Made by a program: the position numbers and the translations under genes | Shown here: one piece after another, positions 60,568-64,000 of the stretch | Layout of the letters: each line of letters begins with the position of its first letter | How positions within the stretch are numbered: the stretch's first letter is position 1 | Notes under the pieces: generated by a model | What the model was told of the DNA's origin: nothing | Databases searched by the model: none | Seen by the model: the letters and a program-made list of their open reading frames with translations, nothing else | NCBI GenBank assembly: GCA_965220895.1 | Contig: OZ244850.1 | Location: 1,300,861 to 1,364,860 of the forward strand | DNA: 64,000 nt | DNA from: Gammaproteobacteria bacterium | Lineage (GTDB): Bacteria; Pseudomonadota; Gammaproteobacteria; UBA4575 | Reading direction: 5' to 3'

Positions 60568-61237
60568 TCATGACAGCCGAGGTCACGATCAAGGAAAGCG
60601 TGATCAGTATCACGCCCAGTGCCAGTGCCAGCTCAATGTTCCCCTTGCTGGTCTCAAGTGCGATAGAGGTCGTCATCACACGGGTATTGTGATTGATATT
60701 TCCACCTACGATCAGGACCGCACCCACTTCCGCGATTGCCCGGCCGAATCCTGCAAACACATTGGTGACCAGGCTGTACCGGGTCTCCCACAGGAGGGTG
60801 TTCATCATGCTTTGGGGTTTGGCGCCAAGTGCCCGCAGTTGTGCATGGAACTCATCGTTGGCATCCATTACGGTTTGACGTGTCAGCGCGGCGATAATTG
60901 GTGTGACCAGGCACACCTGTGCAATGATCATGGCCGTGGGTGTGAACAGCAGTCCCAGTGCTCCCAGCGGGCCTGAGCGGGAAAGAACCAGGTAAACCAC
61001 CAGGCCCACGACGACGGGCGGCAGGCCCATGAAGGTATTCAGTATAGCGACCAGCAGACCCCGTCCAAAGAACTTGTACAAGGCAAGCGCTGCACCCAGC
61101 GGCAACCCGATCAGCCCGGCAATGAATACGGCGGTGAGGCTTACCTGCAGGGACAGCGCAACGATCTCTATCAGGCCGGGGTCGAGTTGTATGATGAGTT
61201 GAAGGGCTTTTTGAAAAGCTTGTGAGAAATCGTTCAA
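60533..61237 (-). CDS. ABC transporter permease
   Basis: 234 aa. 5-6 TM with EAA-like loop. First gene of the permease-ATPase-SBP operon. Confidence 0.8.
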   Translation of the reverse strand: MNDFSQAFQKALQLIIQLDPGLIEIVALSLQVSLTAVFIAGLIGLPLGAALALYKFFGRGLLVAILNTFMGLPPVVVGLVVYLVLSRSGPLGALGLLFTPTAMIIAQVCLVTPIIAALTRQTVMDANDEFHAQLRALGAKPQSMMNTLLWETRYSLVTNVFAGFGRAIAEVGAVLIVGGNINHNTRVMTTSIALETSKGNIELALALGVILITLSLIVTSAVMSARQAAHKIYA

Positions 61238-61597
61238 AATGAATGCTGTATTGCCTTGCTTGTTACGAAATAACTCCGGCTGGACTGTTCAGGGCCCCGC
61301 GTACCGCAGTTGTATCATTCAGTACGCACTGTCTGAGCAGAAGATGATCATGATCCCTGCATTTCATGCATGATGTGCACCGTCGGCAAGGCCTCTGGGA
61401 TTCAGGCATCCCGTACTGTGATCGGTTGCTCCTGAGCACAAGATCCAGGCTGGTAAAAACCCGGAAAAGCCGCTGATCAGTGCACTGGAGTGGTCACTTT
61501 GTTGGCGGTTTTCCGATGTGTACAATACCCGGTTCTAAAACCATGTCAAACAGTAATTCGACAACAATTAAAAAGCGATTGGCCCGGGAGGTTGCTG

Positions 61598-61993
61598 ATG
61601 GATGCCGTACCCGTTGACCGTGTCTATTCGTCTCGGCACGTCTGGTTGAAGATGCAGGATGACAATACGGCAATAATAGGCATCACGGAATTTGCCCAAT
61701 CTGAACTGGGGGACATCGTCTACGTTGAGCCCCCTGACCTGGATCGTGAGTATCAGGCAGACGAGGCCTGTGCGGTCGTTGAATCGGTCAAGACCGCCAG
61801 TGACGTGCATATGCCTGTAGGCGGTAAAGTCGTTGAAATCAATGAAGATCTGCTGGATTCTCCGGAAATGATGAACGAATTTCCCTACGAGCAAGGTTGG
61901 CTTTGCAAGATCGAGTTGCCGGGCATCACGGTAATTGACAGCCTGCTTGATGCAAGCCAATATGAAGATTCCATAGCGTCATCACCGGAGTAA
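61598..61993 (+). CDS. gcvH: Glycine-cleavage-system H-protein-family lipoyl carrier
   Basis: ...VVESVKTASDVHMPVGGKVVEINE... lipoyl-lysine motif (ESVKTA). ATG 61598 with gggagg RBS. No gcvT/gcvP adjacent. Confidence 0.8.
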   Translation: MDAVPVDRVYSSRHVWLKMQDDNTAIIGITEFAQSELGDIVYVEPPDLDREYQADEACAVVESVKTASDVHMPVGGKVVEINEDLLDSPEMMNEFPYEQGWLCKIELPGITVIDSLLDASQYEDSIASSPE

Positions 61994-62106
61994 TAAACTT
62001 ATCCTACAGAGCAAGGTCACTTTTTTGTGAACCTCGTAGAAGCTGGCGACATCGCCTAGGACGTTGCCCAGCCAATACGTATGCGCCTGTTACTGGAGAA
62101 ATAAAA

Positions 62107-62616
62107 ATGGCAAAGATCACCCTGCAAGGAAATGAGATTCACACCAATGGGAACCTGCCAGGCATTGGTTCAAGTGCACCAGACTTCACGCTGGTGAACA
62201 AGGATCTGGAGGACGTATCCCTTTCGGCTTTCCCGGGCAAAAGAAAAATACTGAACATTGTCCCCAGCCTGGACACACCGGTCTGTGCAATGTCTACAAA
62301 GAAATTTGATGAGTTTGCAAAGGAACATGACGATACGGCGATATTGACCATTTCTGCAGACCTGCCCTTTGCAATGTCTCGGTTTTGTGTTTCCGAAAAT
62401 CTGGAGCATGTCATTTCACTTTCCATCATGCGCTCACAGGATTTCTCCAGGGATTACGGCGTACTGATCGAAGATGGGCCGCTCGCTGGGATTACAGCGC
62501 GTGCCATCGTGGTTTTGGACCAGAAGAATGTGGTCGTTCACACGGAACTGGTTGGCGAGATTGCGCACGAACCGGACTATAAGGCAGCCATACAGGCACT
62601 CGGCAGCGTGTCCTAG
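62107..62616 (+). CDS. tpx: Thiol peroxidase
   Basis: ...SLDTPVCAMSTKKF... peroxidatic Cys and resolving Cys spacing of Tpx; 169 aa. Confidence 0.9.
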   Translation: MAKITLQGNEIHTNGNLPGIGSSAPDFTLVNKDLEDVSLSAFPGKRKILNIVPSLDTPVCAMSTKKFDEFAKEHDDTAILTISADLPFAMSRFCVSENLEHVISLSIMRSQDFSRDYGVLIEDGPLAGITARAIVVLDQKNVVVHTELVGEIAHEPDYKAAIQALGSVS

Positions 62617-63359
62617 CCGGATTCATCGACCACCTTGGCCACCGAATTTCTTGCCAGCTGGGCAAGCTGTTTTCTCGGCTGGTCTTCACTCGAAATGGGC
62701 TCGCATAGCGTCAGTTCAGCAGGGGTGCGCTTGGCAGACATGATGCGAAAAGCATGTTTTACCAGGTTGCGGTTGTTGACGAACGGCACCATTGGGTTGA
62801 CGCCATCGGTATGCGGGTAGCGAAGTGCTACCGGCTGGATCGTGGACTTTGTTTCAATGGCGGCTGCAAACAGACGGGGATGGAACGCATGCACACAGGT
62901 GCCATCGGTCGTCTTGGCTTCAGGAAAGGAAGCCACGCTATGCCCTGAACTGAGCCTTTCCCGCATCAGGTGAATCGCTTCCATCGCACCGGTTTTGGAT
63001 CCCCGGTGGATAAAGAGGGTGCCGGATTTAGCGGCAAGGAGGCCTACCACGGGCCACTTGCGAACTTCCACCTTGGACAGAAACGAAACGGGCAGTACTG
63101 AGGCGACGATCACGATATCCAGCCAGGATACGTGGTTCGCGACCACAAACGCCGGTGATTTTTGTAGTGTGCCATGCACGGTAAGATCAATGCCGATGAT
63201 TTTTGCGACCTTGTACAGCCAGTCTTGGATGATCCTGTGCTGTTTCTCATCCAGGTCGAACTTCTCTACATCCCCCAATGCGGTGTAGCAAATGTGAATC
63301 CCCTTGACGAGGTGGACCAACAGGCGGAATAACCGAAATGTCCCTCTGATTATATTCAT
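62613..63359 (-). CDS. Lysophospholipid (1-acyl-glycerol-3-phosphate) acyltransferase-family protein
   Basis: HX4D motif NHVSWLD and PlsC-family downstream blocks. Start trimmed to MNIIRG (ATG 63357-63359) to avoid a 70-nt overlap with the upstream gene. Confidence 0.65.
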   Translation of the reverse strand: MNIIRGTFRLFRLLVHLVKGIHICYTALGDVEKFDLDEKQHRIIQDWLYKVAKIIGIDLTVHGTLQKSPAFVVANHVSWLDIVIVASVLPVSFLSKVEVRKWPVVGLLAAKSGTLFIHRGSKTGAMEAIHLMRERLSSGHSVASFPEAKTTDGTCVHAFHPRLFAAAIETKSTIQPVALRYPHTDGVNPMVPFVNNRNLVKHAFRIMSAKRTPAELTLCEPISSEDQPRKQLAQLARNSVAKVVDESG

Positions 63360-63388
63360 CGAATCAGCCGCGATGACGTGCTGCAGTC

Positions 63389-64000
63389 TTATCGGTGGGT
63401 TCCGGTATCCGGCATGGCACTCTGCAGTTCGGCCAGGCTCGTGACCGGAGGTCTGCACTGCAAGCCTTCACAGATATAGGCAGCGGCACCTTCCGGGCTC
63501 GACATGGAATATTTCTTTTCTGCCAGTCCTGCCGGCAAATCTTCTTCGTCGGCAGGGATGGCAAATACCAGTCGCCCGGGGGTATAACCCCGTGTGCATT
63601 GCTGTTGCCATTTTTCAAGAGCACCCTTTTCTCCCCGCAAAATAATGATCTGCAGCGGATAGTATCTCTCTTCAAACGCGGTGATCAGGCTGGCATGTCC
63701 CATGGGAGCCTGCGTGACGGCCTGGCCTGCAAACTGCAATACGCGTTCTGCGGCCTCAAGGTACTCTGTTTTCCCCAGCAGGTAACCCAGGCGGGCCAAT
63801 GCCGTGGCAGCAATTCCGTTGCCGGAAGGCATCGCCTCATCGCTCAGTGTTTTGGATCGCTGTATAAGTCGCTCATGATCTGTGGATGTGAAGTAGAAGC
63901 CACCTGAGGCGTGGTCCTCGAATTTTTCCAGCAATACGTCGGCAATTTCACAGGCCCAGCTCAAATCCTGGCTGCACCAGCGCACTTGCAGGATCTCCAA
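63389..64000 (-). CDS. C-terminal part of a thioredoxin-domain / six-hairpin-glycosidase-like protein (YyaL/DUF255 family); N-terminus beyond the window
   Basis: ...PSGNGIAATALARLGYLLG... and ...DEEDLPAGLAEK... resemble the C-terminal region of YyaL-like proteins. Open to the window edge. Confidence 0.5.
   Translation of the reverse strand: MEILQVRWCSQDLSWACEIADVLLEKFEDHASGGFYFTSTDHERLIQRSKTLSDEAMPSGNGIAATALARLGYLLGKTEYLEAAERVLQFAGQAVTQAPMGHASLITAFEERYYPLQIIILRGEKGALEKWQQQCTRGYTPGRLVFAIPADEEDLPAGLAEKKYSMSSPEGAAAYICEGLQCRPPVTSLAELQSAMPDTGTHR

Overview
This is a high-GC (about 58%) proteobacterial chromosomal window, densely packed with housekeeping genes. Gene order resembles Pseudomonas and beta-proteobacterial core synteny. 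Identified gene blocks on the minus strand: metW-metX, yggT-proC-yggS, a PyrK-like gene, pyrC'-pyrB-pyrR, ruvX-yqgE, gshB, rsmE, ahcY and metK. Identified blocks on the plus strand: a three-gene RND efflux operon, tkt-gap-pgk-pyk-fba (class I aldolase), glnK-amtB, purE-purK, rpe, trpE-G-D-C, an ADH / hemerythrin / OsmC / speD group, rplM-rpsI, ilvA, and pepP-ubiH-ubiI. A minus-strand tungstate-type ABC transporter, gcvH and tpx sit near the 3' end. A 6S RNA (ssrS) sits downstream of zapA and is recognisable directly from sequence. No rRNA, tRNA, CRISPR, transposase or integrase was found. The clearly non-housekeeping segment is 20.8-24.6 kb, between the efflux operon and tkt. It holds a Rieske non-heme-iron oxygenase broken by an in-frame TGA plus a frameshift, so a pseudogene. 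It also holds an intact 666-aa protein fusing an N-terminal GPP34/GOLPH3-like domain to a C-terminal cytochrome P450 with a non-canonical I-helix. I do not recognise this architecture and consider it the best candidate for something undescribed. Other notable items: a lysine/alanine-rich histone-H1-like nucleoid protein encoded by 42-bp tandem repeats; an AT-rich orphan promoter-to-terminator stretch before rplM that may be an sRNA; a PyrK-like flavoprotein in the pyrRBC' cluster; and a CCG-domain Fe-S protein translationally overlapping coq7. Many long ORFs in the track are antisense artefacts of high GC and are rejected.
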